Below, piece by piece: positions 31,147 through 41,622 of a DNA stretch of 64,000 bases. Both the position numbers and the translations under genes were made by a program. How positions within the stretch are numbered: position 1 is the first letter of the stretch; the number at the start of each line of letters is the position of its first letter. This DNA is from Myxococcales bacterium (GTDB lineage: Bacteria; Myxococcota_A; Polyangia; Polyangiales; Houyiibacteriaceae). The notes below the pieces were generated by a model. It did no database searches. It was not told the DNA's origin and saw nothing but the letters and a program-made list of their open reading frames with translations. Location: contig JAOTXX010000001.1 of assembly GCA_029862185.1 (NCBI GenBank), positions 21,486-85,485 of the forward strand, written 5' to 3'.

Positions 31147-32662
31147 GCCGAGGCAAGGCATGACGCTGCAGCAACTCCAAAGCCGCGGTGTCGGGGTACG
31201 AATCGAGGGATTGGCGACGCAGACGGTCCACGGCGTGCAGCACGACTCACGTCAGGTGACGGATGGAGATCTCTTCGTGGCGGTTCCGGGTGAGATCCAT
31301 GACGGGCTGAGCTTCGTCGGCGATGCCGTTGCGCGTGGTGCGGCCGCGGTCATGGCCGAGCAGCAGGTCGCGGTGGAGGTTCCTCAGCTCATCGTGACGG
31401 ATGCTCGCGCGGGGCTTGGGCGTGCAGCGGAGCTCGTATACGGGGAGCCGACGAGCGCTCTTCACACCGTTGGGATCACCGGCACCAACGGCAAGACGAC
31501 GACGGCCTACCTTCTGCAGTGCGCGCTCGCAGGCGCGTCAGCCAAGCCAGCGCTCGTGGGCACGACGGGTTGGCTTGCCCCTGGCGGGGAACGTCCTTCG
31601 CAACACACGACGCCCGAAGGCGACGACGTTTCCCGATTCGCCAGGCTAGCCCTCGACGCCGGGGCGACGCACCTGGTTTTGGAGGTGTCGAGTCACGGCC
31701 TGGCGATGCGTCGCGTCGACGCGCTCGACTTCGAGGTCGCTGCGTTCACCAACCTCTCCCGCGACCACCTGGACTTCCACCAGAGCATGGACCTGTATGG
31801 CGAAGCAAAAGCGCGGCTCTTCACCGAGCTCCGGCCCAAACGCGCCGTCATTCACATCGATGACCCTTTTGGAGCCGCGCTTGCAGACCGAATCGCGACT
31901 CCCATCATTCGCTGCTCGCGGAGCTTGGGAAGTCGGGCCGAGATCCTGGCGACCGACTGGTCGGTGACCCGTGCTGGCATTCACGCCACCGTCGAGACGC
32001 CGGCAGGGGCGGTCGAGATTCGTAGTCCGATGCTCGGAGAGCACAACCTCGAGAACCTTTTGGTCGCCCTCGGTTGCGCGAACGCGCTCGGACTAGATTT
32101 GAACGCGGTGACGAAGGCATGGCAACTCGCCGCTGGAAGCCCTGGACGACTCGAACGGATTGCGCACCCGCAAGACGTCGCTGTGCTCGTGGACTACGCG
32201 CACACGCCGGACGCGCTTCGAAGGGTTTTGCAAACCATGCGTGCGGTGACCCCGAATCGATTGATCGCGGTGTTTGGCGCAGGGGGTGATCGGGACAAGG
32301 GGAAGCGGCCGGAGATGGGCCGCGTCGGCGTGGAGGGCGCCGACCTCTGCGTGCTGACGAGCGACAATCCGCGCACCGAAGACCCGCGACGGATCCTCGA
32401 TGAAGTTGCCACGGGCGCAAAGCAGGTGGGTGGTATCCCCATCGAAGTGGCCGAGCTTGCCGCCTCGACCCGTGGCTATTGCGTGGTGCTCGAGCGAGAA
32501 GAAGCGATTGCAGCTGCGATTCGAGCGGCGGGCGCAGGCGATACCGTCCTTTTGGCGGGCAAGGGTCACGAAAACTACCAAGTGATCGGCACGACGCGGC
32601 ACCACTTCGACGATCGCGAAGAGGCCCGTGAGGTGATCGCTAGCCTGGCGGGAGGCGCATGA
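31136..32662 (+). CDS. murE: UDP-N-acetylmuramoyl-L-alanyl-D-glutamate--2,6-diaminopimelate ligase
   Basis: GITGTNGKTTT is present, along with the Mur ligase middle and C-terminal domains and the DNPR motif (SDNPRTEDP). The start is ATG at 31136, or 31160. Confidence 0.9.
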   Translation: MSAEPRQGMTLQQLQSRGVGVRIEGLATQTVHGVQHDSRQVTDGDLFVAVPGEIHDGLSFVGDAVARGAAAVMAEQQVAVEVPQLIVTDARAGLGRAAELVYGEPTSALHTVGITGTNGKTTTAYLLQCALAGASAKPALVGTTGWLAPGGERPSQHTTPEGDDVSRFARLALDAGATHLVLEVSSHGLAMRRVDALDFEVAAFTNLSRDHLDFHQSMDLYGEAKARLFTELRPKRAVIHIDDPFGAALADRIATPIIRCSRSLGSRAEILATDWSVTRAGIHATVETPAGAVEIRSPMLGEHNLENLLVALGCANALGLDLNAVTKAWQLAAGSPGRLERIAHPQDVAVLVDYAHTPDALRRVLQTMRAVTPNRLIAVFGAGGDRDKGKRPEMGRVGVEGADLCVLTSDNPRTEDPRRILDEVATGAKQVGGIPIEVAELAASTRGYCVVLEREEAIAAAIRAAGAGDTVLLAGKGHENYQVIGTTRHHFDDREEAREVIASLAGGA

Positions 32663-34068
32663 TGGCGACGCCAATCCCAGCCAACCAGGTGCAACTTCAG
32701 CGAGACCAGGTGCTCGCCGTGACCGATGGCGATGCCAGTGGCCCTGACTGGGAGAGCGCCTCGGGTGTCGTGACGGACTCGCGCACCGTCGAACGGGGCA
32801 ATCTCTTCGTCGCACTTCGCGGCGAGCAGTTCGATGCGCACCGGTTCGCGGTGCAAGCGATGGACGCAGGTGCCGCCGCGGTCCTGGTGGAGCGGGGAAC
32901 CTCGCTTCCAGCCCACGTCAGTGCGGTCGAGGTCGATGACACGCTCCGCGCGCTTGGGGATCTGGCGAAGGCCCATCGCGCGAGCTGGATAGGCAAGGTC
33001 GTTGGCATCACGGGCTCGGTCGGCAAGACGACCACCAAGGAGCTCTGCGCTGCGGCGCTTGGGTCGGCGGGTTGCCGAGTGCTCAAGACCCGCGGGAACC
33101 TCAACAATCGAATCGGCGTTCCAATGACTCTCTTCCAGCTCGACGAGACGGTCGACACGGCGGTCGTCGAAATGGGCACCAGTGAGCCGGGGGAGATCGC
33201 GCGTTTGGCCGAAATTGCCGCGCCCGACGTGGGCATCGTGACTCGGGCGACCATCTCACACACCCAAGGGCTCGGGTCCGTCGAAGCGGTCGCCGATGAA
33301 AAGGTTTCGCTACTTCATGCGCTTGCGCCCGACGGTGTGGCGGTCGTCTACGGAGATGACCCGCCGCTCAAGAAGCGGGCATCGGTCGTTGCCGCGAAGC
33401 GAAAGCTGTTCTACGGCCGGTCCGCTGCCAACGACGTACGGGTCATCGACTGGGATGTCGACGCGGAGGGCACCCGGGCCCGCTATCAGATTCGCGGTCG
33501 AGACCTCGAGATCGCGATGGCCTTGCTGGGGGAGGGCGCGGTGCTGAACGCGGCCGGCGCGCTCGCGATCGTGCTCGGCTTGGACCTGCCAATCGAGGAA
33601 GCAGGCCGCGGACTCGCCGAGGTCGGGCCTTCGTCCGGCCGCTTGCAGCCTCGGACGGGCAGCGGCGACCGGCTCGTCATCGATGACTCGTACAACGCGA
33701 ATCCGGCATCCATGGAAGTTGCAATGGAGACGGCTCGCAAGATCGCCGAGAAGCGAGACGCGCCATTCGTTGCAATCCTGGGCGACATGAAAGAGCTCGG
33801 CACGCACGGAAAGGAGGCCCACCGCAAGGTCGGCGAGCTCGTCGCGGATGCAGACGTGTTTCTCTTCGTCGGCTGTGGCGATGGCATGCATGAGGCCGTA
33901 GCAACGGCCAACACGCGAGGAACGGACACGCTTTGGTTCGAGGACGCTGCCGAATGTGGCGAGCTCTCCGACCGGCTCCCGCTCAACGCAGTCATCCTCG
34001 TGAAGGGCTCCCGGGCGATGCAGATGGAACGCGTGATCACCCCTCTTCTGAATGAGGGGCAGCGATGA
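32659..34068 (+). CDS. murF: UDP-N-acetylmuramoyl-tripeptide--D-alanyl-D-alanine ligase
   Basis: GITGSVGKTTTKE and DDSYNANPASM are present, in the conserved dcw position. Confidence 0.9.
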   Translation: MMATPIPANQVQLQRDQVLAVTDGDASGPDWESASGVVTDSRTVERGNLFVALRGEQFDAHRFAVQAMDAGAAAVLVERGTSLPAHVSAVEVDDTLRALGDLAKAHRASWIGKVVGITGSVGKTTTKELCAAALGSAGCRVLKTRGNLNNRIGVPMTLFQLDETVDTAVVEMGTSEPGEIARLAEIAAPDVGIVTRATISHTQGLGSVEAVADEKVSLLHALAPDGVAVVYGDDPPLKKRASVVAAKRKLFYGRSAANDVRVIDWDVDAEGTRARYQIRGRDLEIAMALLGEGAVLNAAGALAIVLGLDLPIEEAGRGLAEVGPSSGRLQPRTGSGDRLVIDDSYNANPASMEVAMETARKIAEKRDAPFVAILGDMKELGTHGKEAHRKVGELVADADVFLFVGCGDGMHEAVATANTRGTDTLWFEDAAECGELSDRLPLNAVILVKGSRAMQMERVITPLLNEGQR

Positions 34069-35192
34069 TCTACTACTTGCTCTACCCGCTGCACGAGTAC
34101 GAGTCGCTCTCGTTTCTCAACGTCCTGCGCTACGTGCCGTTCCGTTTCTTGATGGCGACGATCACGTCCCTCTTGCTGACGTTCGGGCTCTATCCCTGGT
34201 TCATTCGCCGTTTGCAGAGCAAGCAAATCGGTCAGGTCATTCGCACCGACGGTCCGGAGACGCACTTTTCCAAGGCGGGCACTCCGACGATGGGTGGCGC
34301 CCTGATGCTGCTGGCGCTGGTCCTGTCGACCGTGCTCTGGGCTGACCCTTCGAACGCCATGGTCTGGGTCGTGAGCCTGATCACAGTAGCCTACGGCGTC
34401 GTTGGTTACATCGATGACACCTCGAAAATTCGAACGCGTTCGACCGGCGGGCTCTCGGGCAGGTACAAGCTACTTCTTCAGTTTTCGACCGCGATCGTGA
34501 TTTGCGGCTGGCTCTACTACGGCGAAGCCGGGCTTCCCAGTGACTGGCTCGAGATTCGTCACCGCCTCGCCGCGCCGTTCTTCGCATTTTCCAAGTACCC
34601 GATCGAGTTGCCGCCCTGGCTCTACGTCATCTTCTCGTCTTTCGTCATCGTCGGCACTTCGAACGCGGTCAATCTCACTGACGGGCTCGATGGTCTCGCG
34701 ATTGGCCCGGTCATGATCTCGGCGGGAACCTACGCGATCCTCGCCTACCTCGCGGGACTGACACTGTTTGGCAACGTCGTCGCCGGTTACCTGGACATCC
34801 CGCACATCGAGAGCGCGGGTGAGCTCAGCATCTTCGCCGCGTCGGTCGTTGGCGTGGGGTTCGGCTTCCTTTGGTACAATACGTATCCCGCCCAAGTTTT
34901 CATGGGTGACGTGGGCTCACTGGCACTCGGCGGAGGCCTCGGTGCGCTAGCGGTGTTGACGAAGAACGAGCTCCTCTCGGTGATTCTGGGAGGCATCTTC
35001 GTCGTCGAGGCGGTCAGCGTGATTCTGCAGGTCGGCTATTTCCGCATGACTGGTCGACGCATCTTTCTGATGGCGCCGATTCATCACCATTTCGAGAAAA
35101 AGGGCTGGCCCGAGCCCCGAGTCATCGTTCGATTCTGGATCATCGCGATCGTGTTGGCCGTGTTCAGTCTCGCCACGTTGAAGCTGAGGTGA
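34065..35192 (+). CDS. mraY: Phospho-N-acetylmuramoyl-pentapeptide transferase
   Basis: KAGTPTMGG, NAVNLTDGLDGLA and MGDVGSLALGG are present, and the protein is polytopic. Confidence 0.95.
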   Translation: MIYYLLYPLHEYESLSFLNVLRYVPFRFLMATITSLLLTFGLYPWFIRRLQSKQIGQVIRTDGPETHFSKAGTPTMGGALMLLALVLSTVLWADPSNAMVWVVSLITVAYGVVGYIDDTSKIRTRSTGGLSGRYKLLLQFSTAIVICGWLYYGEAGLPSDWLEIRHRLAAPFFAFSKYPIELPPWLYVIFSSFVIVGTSNAVNLTDGLDGLAIGPVMISAGTYAILAYLAGLTLFGNVVAGYLDIPHIESAGELSIFAASVVGVGFGFLWYNTYPAQVFMGDVGSLALGGGLGALAVLTKNELLSVILGGIFVVEAVSVILQVGYFRMTGRRIFLMAPIHHHFEKKGWPEPRVIVRFWIIAIVLAVFSLATLKLR

Positions 35193-36547
35193 TTGTGGAG
35201 CTTTCGCACAAGAACACGATGGTGGTCGGGCTCGGCGAGAGCGGTCTCGGGGTCGTGCGGTTTCTGCGCGCGCACGGTGCCGACGTCCGGGTCAACGACC
35301 AACGCGATGCGAGCGCTCTTGGGGCAGCCGCCATCGAAGCCGAGGCGCTGGGCGCGGACCTGGTGCTCGGCGGTCACCCCGAGAGCGCCTTCGAAGACTT
35401 GGATCTGATCGTCGTCTCGCCCGGCGTGCCGCCTCTTGCACAGCTCGACCAAGCGGAGGTTCGCGGCGTGCCCGTGGTCAGCGAAGTGGAGCTTGCGTCG
35501 CGGTTCATCGATGCGCCGATCGTCGCCGTCACGGGAACCAACGGCAAGAGCACGGTGACCACCCTGATTGGGGAGATGTGCAGCCACCTCGGCCGGCCCA
35601 TCTTCGTCGGGGGCAACCTGGGCCGCCCGATGATCGAGGCTGCCGGCACCGACGCGGGCGACGAGGGCGGACTGGTCATCGTCGAGCTCTCGAGCTTTCA
35701 GTTGGAGCGGGTTTCCCAGATGAAGGCCCACGTCGCGCTGTTGCTCAACGTCACTGCCGACCACCTCGACCGCTACGCCTCGTTTGAAGCCTATGCCGCC
35801 GCCAAGGCACGGGTTTTCGAGCGACAGTCCCCTGAAGATTTCGCGGTCCTGCCGGCCGACTCGCCAGACCTTCGCGAGCTCATCGAGGACGGCGGAACCG
35901 TCGTCTTGTTCGGGGGCCGAAACGGCGAGGTTCGCGTGGTCGACGGAGTGCTCACCGATACACAGAGCCCGCTCCGCGTTCCGATCGACGAGCTCGGGAT
36001 TCGAGGTAAACACAACGTCGCCAATGCCTGTGCCGCTGCGCTCGCCGCTCGTCTCCTCGGCGTGCACGACGCGGATATCGGGGCGGTTCTTCGTGGATTC
36101 AAGGGGCTGGCTCACCGCATGCAGTACGTCGGCTCGGTCGCAGGCGTCGAGTACATCGACGATTCGAAAGCGACCAACGTGGGCGCAGCCGTCGCCTCGA
36201 TCGACGGACTGTCCGGCTCGAAAGGCAAAATCGTTCTCATTGCCGGCGGCGTCGACAAGGGAGGCAGCTACGAGCCGCTTCTTCGACGAATGGCCGACCA
36301 GGGAAGAGCCCTCGTCGTCTTTGGGGAAGCTGCCCCCTTGCTGGAGCGAGTGTTCGCCGGCTCGCCGGTCGAGCTTCGCCGCGCCGGGTCGATGGCCGAA
36401 GCGGTCAGCTCTGCCACCGCGCTAGCCCGCAGGGGAGACATCGTGCTCCTGGCACCCGCTTGCGCGAGCTTTGACATGTTTCGCTCGTATGCCGAGCGAG
36501 GCGATCACTTCCAACGCGCAGTCCACGGCCTTGGAGGTCAAGCATGA
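35189..36547 (+). CDS. murD: UDP-N-acetylmuramoylalanine--D-glutamate ligase
   Basis: VVGLGESG, VTGTNGKSTV and DDSKATN are present. Confidence 0.93.
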   Translation: MIVELSHKNTMVVGLGESGLGVVRFLRAHGADVRVNDQRDASALGAAAIEAEALGADLVLGGHPESAFEDLDLIVVSPGVPPLAQLDQAEVRGVPVVSEVELASRFIDAPIVAVTGTNGKSTVTTLIGEMCSHLGRPIFVGGNLGRPMIEAAGTDAGDEGGLVIVELSSFQLERVSQMKAHVALLLNVTADHLDRYASFEAYAAAKARVFERQSPEDFAVLPADSPDLRELIEDGGTVVLFGGRNGEVRVVDGVLTDTQSPLRVPIDELGIRGKHNVANACAAALAARLLGVHDADIGAVLRGFKGLAHRMQYVGSVAGVEYIDDSKATNVGAAVASIDGLSGSKGKIVLIAGGVDKGGSYEPLLRRMADQGRALVVFGEAAPLLERVFAGSPVELRRAGSMAEAVSSATALARRGDIVLLAPACASFDMFRSYAERGDHFQRAVHGLGGQA

Positions 36548-37743
36548 GTCGTTCTTCGAAACCCTCGCACAGGATTGAAGCCGGACCGGTTGATGTCACG
36601 CTTGCGGCCACCCTCATTGGGCTGATCGCATTTGGCGTGGTGATGGTCTACAGCGCGAGCGCGGTCTACGCGAACAACATGTTCGGAAACGGACATCACT
36701 TCCTGATCCGACAAACGGTGTTTGCTTTTGTCGCCCTCGTCGTCCTCTTCGTCTTTGCCCACGCCAACGTCGAATTGCTTCGCCGTTCGACGTACCCGGT
36801 TCTCTTGGTCGCGATAGTGCTGATGATCGCTGTCGCCCTCGGCTTTGGCCGGAGCGCGGGGGGCGCGACCCGCTGGCTTGCTTTGGGTCCGGTCAACGTG
36901 CAGCCCGCCGAGCTCGCCAAGCTGGCGATGATCCTGTGGCTCGCCCACTCGCTCGCAAAGAAGTCCCATCGCGTGCAAACCTTCTCCATAGGCTTCCTTC
37001 CGCATGTGCTCGTGGCGGTGCTCCTGATGCTACTCTGCCTGGCGCAGCCCGACTTTGGCAGCGCCGTGATGATCGCGCTCCTGACGTTCGTCGTGCTCTT
37101 TGCGGCGGGTGCGAAGGCGGGGTACCTGCTCGGCTGCGTCTTGATCGCCCTTCCGATCGGCTACGCAGCCATCGCATCGTCCCCCTATCGAATGCGCCGT
37201 ATCAAGGCGTTCCTCGAGCCCTTCGAGCACCGTCAGGGCGCTGGCTACCAGATCACAGAATCCTTGATGGGCTTCGGCTCGGGCGGTTGGACGGGCGTCG
37301 GGCTCGGCGATGGCCGTCAGAAGTTGCTCTTCCTGCCTGAAGCCCACACCGATTTCATCAGCGCGATCATCGGCGAAGAGCTCGGGTTCATTGGGGTCGT
37401 GTTTCTGAGTGCGGCCTTCGCCTGGATCGTCTTTCGTGGCCTTCGTGCCGCGTGGCGGGCCCAAGACGAGTACGCCGGCTACCTGGCGGCGGGGATGACC
37501 TTGTTCATCGGCCTTCAGGCGTTCACCAACCTGGCGGTCGCCATGGGGCTGCTGCCCACCAAAGGACTCGCGCTTCCGTTCGTGAGTTATGGAGGTTCGT
37601 CGCTGCTCGTCAATGCCGCCGCCGCGGGCATCATCTTGAACACGTCGCGGTTCGGTGCGTCCCGAAAGGAACAGACGCCAGAAAAGGTGAAGCCTGCGCG
37701 ACGCCAGCCGAAGCTCCGGACCGCAAGAGGAGGTGCACGATGA
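36544..37743 (+). CDS. ftsW: SEDS-family peptidoglycan glycosyltransferase FtsW
   Basis: About 10 TM helices. PAELAK, EAHTDFI and PFVSYGGSS are SEDS motifs. It is in the dcw position. Confidence 0.9.
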   Translation: MSRSSKPSHRIEAGPVDVTLAATLIGLIAFGVVMVYSASAVYANNMFGNGHHFLIRQTVFAFVALVVLFVFAHANVELLRRSTYPVLLVAIVLMIAVALGFGRSAGGATRWLALGPVNVQPAELAKLAMILWLAHSLAKKSHRVQTFSIGFLPHVLVAVLLMLLCLAQPDFGSAVMIALLTFVVLFAAGAKAGYLLGCVLIALPIGYAAIASSPYRMRRIKAFLEPFEHRQGAGYQITESLMGFGSGGWTGVGLGDGRQKLLFLPEAHTDFISAIIGEELGFIGVVFLSAAFAWIVFRGLRAAWRAQDEYAGYLAAGMTLFIGLQAFTNLAVAMGLLPTKGLALPFVSYGGSSLLVNAAAAGIILNTSRFGASRKEQTPEKVKPARRQPKLRTARGGAR

Positions 37744-39014
37744 TCAAGCGCATCATGGTTGCCGGCGGGGGTACCGGCGGGCACCTGTTCCCGGGGCTCG
37801 CGGTCGTCGAGGAGCTTCGTCGGAGGGTTCCCGGCCTCGAGGTGAAGTTCGTGGGGACCGCCCGTGGCATCGAGGCTCGCATTCTGCCAGGCCGCGGGGA
37901 GGCCTTGGAGCTTCTGAACGTGACGCCACTCAAAGGGCAGGGCGTGGGGGCGCGGTTCAAGAGCTTCGCGCGGATTCCAACCGCGATGAAAGAGGCCGCA
38001 TCGCTGATGCGGGGATTCGAGCCGGACTTGGTGCTTGGCGTTGGCGGTTACGCGTCCGGTCCGGTTCTGCTCGCTGCGTCGCTGTCGGGAAGGCCCACCG
38101 CGCTTCTCGAACAGAACGCATACGTCGGCATGACCAATCGCATCCTCGCGCGCTTCGTCGACCGTGCGTACATCGCCTTCGAGCAGACCGAACAGGTGTT
38201 TGGAGCGAGCAAGTCGCGGCTGACAGGCAACCCCGTTCGGCAAGAGTTCGTCGAGCACGCGCGCCTCGCTTTGGCCGACCCCGAAGGCTTCGAGTCGCGC
38301 GCCCGCACGGTGCTCGTCCTCGGCGGGTCGCAGGGCGCTCGGAAGCTGAATGAAGATCTGCCTCGTGCGCTGGCCCAGGCCGGTGTTGCGGATCGCAACC
38401 TCGAGGTCGTGCACCAAACCGGTGAGGCGATGCGCGAGGAGGTCGAGGCGATCTATCGAGAGCTCGGCATTCGAGCGAGAGTCGTCACCTTCATCGAGGA
38501 GATTGCGCGTGCCTATGCAAACGCTGCGCTCGTGGTGGCGCGCGCCGGCGCCACGACACTGGCCGAGCTCTGCGCCATCGGCCGCCCGTCGATCCTGATC
38601 CCATTCCCGTTTGCGGCCGACGACCATCAAGCGAAGAACGCCGACGCCCTCGAAGCGCAGGGCGCATCGATCTGCATCCGGGAGTCCGATCTCGAGGTCG
38701 ACCGGTTGGCGGCGCTCGTCGCTGGCCTTCTCGACGATCCCGCCAAGCGTCAAGCGATGGCCCGCGCAGCTCGGGAACACGGCAGGCCGGACGCAGCAGC
38801 TGCCATCGTCGACGACATGATGGGCTGGATCGGCGGCGTAGAGCCCTCTGGCGAGAGTACCCCGGCGCCCGAAAGCGATCCGCCCTCGGGCATGCACTAT
38901 AGGGGCCTCGCAATGGCGCCGATGCTTCGGCTGGGCTGCCCTGAAGTGACTCTCCGCAGCGCTGCTCATCGCCCGCGGCGCCCGGTTGTCGTCGACGGAG
39001 CCGTGTGGGAGTAA
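37740..39014 (+). CDS. murG: UDP-N-acetylglucosamine--N-acetylmuramyl-(pentapeptide) pyrophosphoryl-undecaprenol N-acetylglucosamine transferase, with a ~60-aa C-terminal tail
   Basis: MIKRIMVAGGGTGGHLFPGLAV..., GGSQGA and AGATTLAE are present. The ATG at 37740 overlaps the ftsW stop. The track start at 37452 lies inside ftsW. Confidence 0.9.
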   Translation: MIKRIMVAGGGTGGHLFPGLAVVEELRRRVPGLEVKFVGTARGIEARILPGRGEALELLNVTPLKGQGVGARFKSFARIPTAMKEAASLMRGFEPDLVLGVGGYASGPVLLAASLSGRPTALLEQNAYVGMTNRILARFVDRAYIAFEQTEQVFGASKSRLTGNPVRQEFVEHARLALADPEGFESRARTVLVLGGSQGARKLNEDLPRALAQAGVADRNLEVVHQTGEAMREEVEAIYRELGIRARVVTFIEEIARAYANAALVVARAGATTLAELCAIGRPSILIPFPFAADDHQAKNADALEAQGASICIRESDLEVDRLAALVAGLLDDPAKRQAMARAAREHGRPDAAAAIVDDMMGWIGGVEPSGESTPAPESDPPSGMHYRGLAMAPMLRLGCPEVTLRSAAHRPRRPVVVDGAVWE

Positions 39015-39020
39015 GCGACC

Positions 39021-40394
39021 ATGTTTCGCGGCAGAATTCGGTCCATTCACTTCGTTGGCGTTGGCGGTGTCGGAATGAGCGGCATCGCCGAGGTGCTGCT
39101 CGACTCGGGTTTCGACGTGACCGGTTCCGACCTCCGCCGAAACGACTACACCCGGCGTCTCGAGGAGAAGGGCGCGAGGGTCTACATTGGCCACGAAGCC
39201 GAGCAGGTGACCGATGCCGATGTCGTCGTGTTCTCGTCGGCGGTTCCAGCGAGCAATCCGGAGCTGATCGCAGCGAGGGCGGCAGGTGTGCCCGTAATTC
39301 CTCGGGCGGAGATGCTCGGCGAGTTAATGAGGCTCAAGGACGGCATCGCAATCGCCGGCTCGCACGGCAAGACGACGACGACGTCCTTGGTTGCCACGGT
39401 GTTGCGAGGCGCAGGGCTCGACCCAACGGTCATCATCGGTGGCAAGCTCAACGCGCTCGGCTCGGGCGCGGCCAGGGGCGCCGGAGACCTCCTCGTGGCG
39501 GAGGCCGACGAGTCCGACGGCTCTTTTCACCATCTCATTCCTTCGATCGCCGTCATCACCAACATCGACCCGGAACACCTCGACCACTACGGTAGCCTAG
39601 AGGCCGTAAAAGAGGCGTTCGTCGACTTTGCCAATCGCGTGCCTTTCTATGGGCTGGTGGTCGCTTGCCTCGATCATCCGAACGTTCAGGACGTCTTGCC
39701 GAGGCTCGACAAGCGCATCGTCACGTACGGGTTTTCGGTCCACTCGGACTATCGTGCACGCAACCCCGTGTTTTCGGGTCTCACCGTCGGCTTCGACGTC
39801 GAGCATCACGGCGAAAGCTTGGGTCAGTTCGAGGTTCGGATGCCGGGCATCCACAATGTGCTGAATGCGCTTGCCACGATTGCGGTCGCCGACGAGTTGC
39901 GGGTGGACCACGACCAGGTCCGTTCGGCGCTGCGCGGCTTCGAAGGCGTGCAGCGCCGTTTCTCCATCGTTGGCGAGGAGCGCGGGGTCACGGTCATCGA
40001 TGACTACGGACACCACCCAGCCGAGGTTGAGGTGACGCTCGAGGCCGCACGAAAGGCCTATCGATCGCGAATCGTCGTCGTCTTTCAGCCCCATCGATAC
40101 ACCAGAACGCGAGACCTCTTCGATGAGCTCACACGAGCCTTCAACCAAGCCGATGTCCTATTCTTGACCGACGTCTACCCAGCGGGGGAAAAACCAATCG
40201 AAGGGGCTGATGCGCGTCGACTCGCTGAGGCGATTCGTGCACACGGGCATCGTGACGTGACCTTGGTGGAAGACCGAAAGGATTTGGCCGGTGCGATTGG
40301 CGAGCGGGTTCGCTCGGGCGACGTCGTCATCACGCTGGGGGCCGGAGACATCACGCGCACGGGCCCGGAGCTCCTCGAGGTGCTCCGCCGATGA
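39021..40394 (+). CDS. murC: UDP-N-acetylmuramate--L-alanine ligase
   Basis: [28 protein letters not shown] and DDYGHHP are present. Confidence 0.95.
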   Translation: MFRGRIRSIHFVGVGGVGMSGIAEVLLDSGFDVTGSDLRRNDYTRRLEEKGARVYIGHEAEQVTDADVVVFSSAVPASNPELIAARAAGVPVIPRAEMLGELMRLKDGIAIAGSHGKTTTTSLVATVLRGAGLDPTVIIGGKLNALGSGAARGAGDLLVAEADESDGSFHHLIPSIAVITNIDPEHLDHYGSLEAVKEAFVDFANRVPFYGLVVACLDHPNVQDVLPRLDKRIVTYGFSVHSDYRARNPVFSGLTVGFDVEHHGESLGQFEVRMPGIHNVLNALATIAVADELRVDHDQVRSALRGFEGVQRRFSIVGEERGVTVIDDYGHHPAEVEVTLEAARKAYRSRIVVVFQPHRYTRTRDLFDELTRAFNQADVLFLTDVYPAGEKPIEGADARRLAEAIRAHGHRDVTLVEDRKDLAGAIGERVRSGDVVITLGAGDITRTGPELLEVLRR

Positions 40395-41488
40395 ACCGCC
40401 GACGGGCCCCATCGAATGGTCGGAAGAAGCCGGCGCGCAAGAAGCCGATTCCGAGGAAGCCGGTCACGAAGCCCGCTCCGAAGCGGCCCGCCCGAAAGAA
40501 CGGGGCCGCCAAGAAGGCAGCTCCGAGAAAGGCCGCTGCGAAGAAGCCGACCCGAAGGGCCGCCGCGAAAAAAAAGACAGCTCGCGAACAGCTTGTTCGG
40601 AGGGCTGCACGGAATGATCGCAGCCAGAATCGGCGGCGGCCAACCGCCAAAAAGCCGCGACACCGCAAACCCAAGAGGACCTGGCGTGAACGGGCGGCGG
40701 GGGCCCGGGAAGAGCTGGGCGGATGGCTCCTCGCCCGCAGGGCTTGGGTGCGTCGCGGTGGACAGTTGGCTCTAGGCGGGCTGCTGGTGGCCGCGACGAT
40801 TTGGCTCGGAGAGCAGGCCGTCCGCTACGCGCACGAGGCCGATGCTTTCGCGATTCGGGAGATTGTCATCGACGGCAACCATCAGCTCGAAGCGATCGAT
40901 GTACGGCGCGCCGCGCGGCTTCAAATTGGCGCAAACATATTCGAGAATTCAGCTGAAGCTGCTCGTAATCACTTGCTTCAGCATCCTTGGGTCGCGGAAG
41001 CAAAGGTCGTCCGCAAGCTGCCGGGGCGCGTTCGGATCGAAATCGTGGAGCGCAAGCCCGTCGCTCTGGTCGCTCTCGATCAGCTCTATCTGGTGAGTGA
41101 GGAGGGCGCCGTCTTCAAGCGGCTTGGCGTCGACGACCCCGTGGACCTGCCCGTCATCACCGGCATCGCATCGGAGCGCTTCTACGACGACTTCGAGTAT
41201 CGGAAGGCCATCCTGCTCCGTTCCATGGCGCTCCTTCAAGATTACGAAGGCGCCGGCCTCGCGAAACGGGAGCCAGTCTCAGAAATTCATTTTGAAGGGG
41301 CCAACGGAATCGAGCTCTTCGTCGGCGACGACGGCATGAACGTGCGCCTCGGCAATGGGCAGCACCGCCAGAAACTGCGCCGCCTCCGCCAAGTCCTCGA
41401 GCGGCTTACCAAGGAGAATACGCGACCTTCCTACGTATACCTCGACAACGTTCGAAGTCCTGAGCGCGTCACCGTTCGACTGCCCTGA
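40391..41488 (+). CDS. ftsQ: Cell division protein FtsQ with a long basic Lys/Arg/Ala/Pro-rich N-terminal tail
   Basis: The ATG overlaps the murC stop (ATGA). About 100 aa of [25 protein letters not shown]... are followed by a TM helix ([14 protein letters not shown]), a POTRA domain ([12 protein letters not shown]) and an FtsQ-type beta domain. Confidence 0.8.
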   Translation: MNRRRAPSNGRKKPARKKPIPRKPVTKPAPKRPARKNGAAKKAAPRKAAAKKPTRRAAAKKKTAREQLVRRAARNDRSQNRRRPTAKKPRHRKPKRTWRERAAGAREELGGWLLARRAWVRRGGQLALGGLLVAATIWLGEQAVRYAHEADAFAIREIVIDGNHQLEAIDVRRAARLQIGANIFENSAEAARNHLLQHPWVAEAKVVRKLPGRVRIEIVERKPVALVALDQLYLVSEEGAVFKRLGVDDPVDLPVITGIASERFYDDFEYRKAILLRSMALLQDYEGAGLAKREPVSEIHFEGANGIELFVGDDGMNVRLGNGQHRQKLRRLRQVLERLTKENTRPSYVYLDNVRSPERVTVRLP

Positions 41489-41575
41489 CCGGAATGCCGC
41501 AGACCGGGCCGTGAGCAGGGGTTAATTCCCGGTGCAGAAAAGGTGCGTTTCTCCCCATTTTTTTCCGCACAAAAG

Positions 41576-41605
41576 TTGTCCCGCCAAACCCCGTTTCGGT
41601 ATGGG
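41576..41605 (+). promoter_or_regulatory. Possible internal promoter upstream of ftsA-ftsZ
   Basis: TTGTCC (41576-41581), an 18-nt spacer and TATGGG (41600-41605) lie in the 134-bp ftsQ-ftsA gap. The match to consensus is weak. Confidence 0.25.
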
Positions 41606-41622
41606 TCAGTGAGAGGCGAGGA

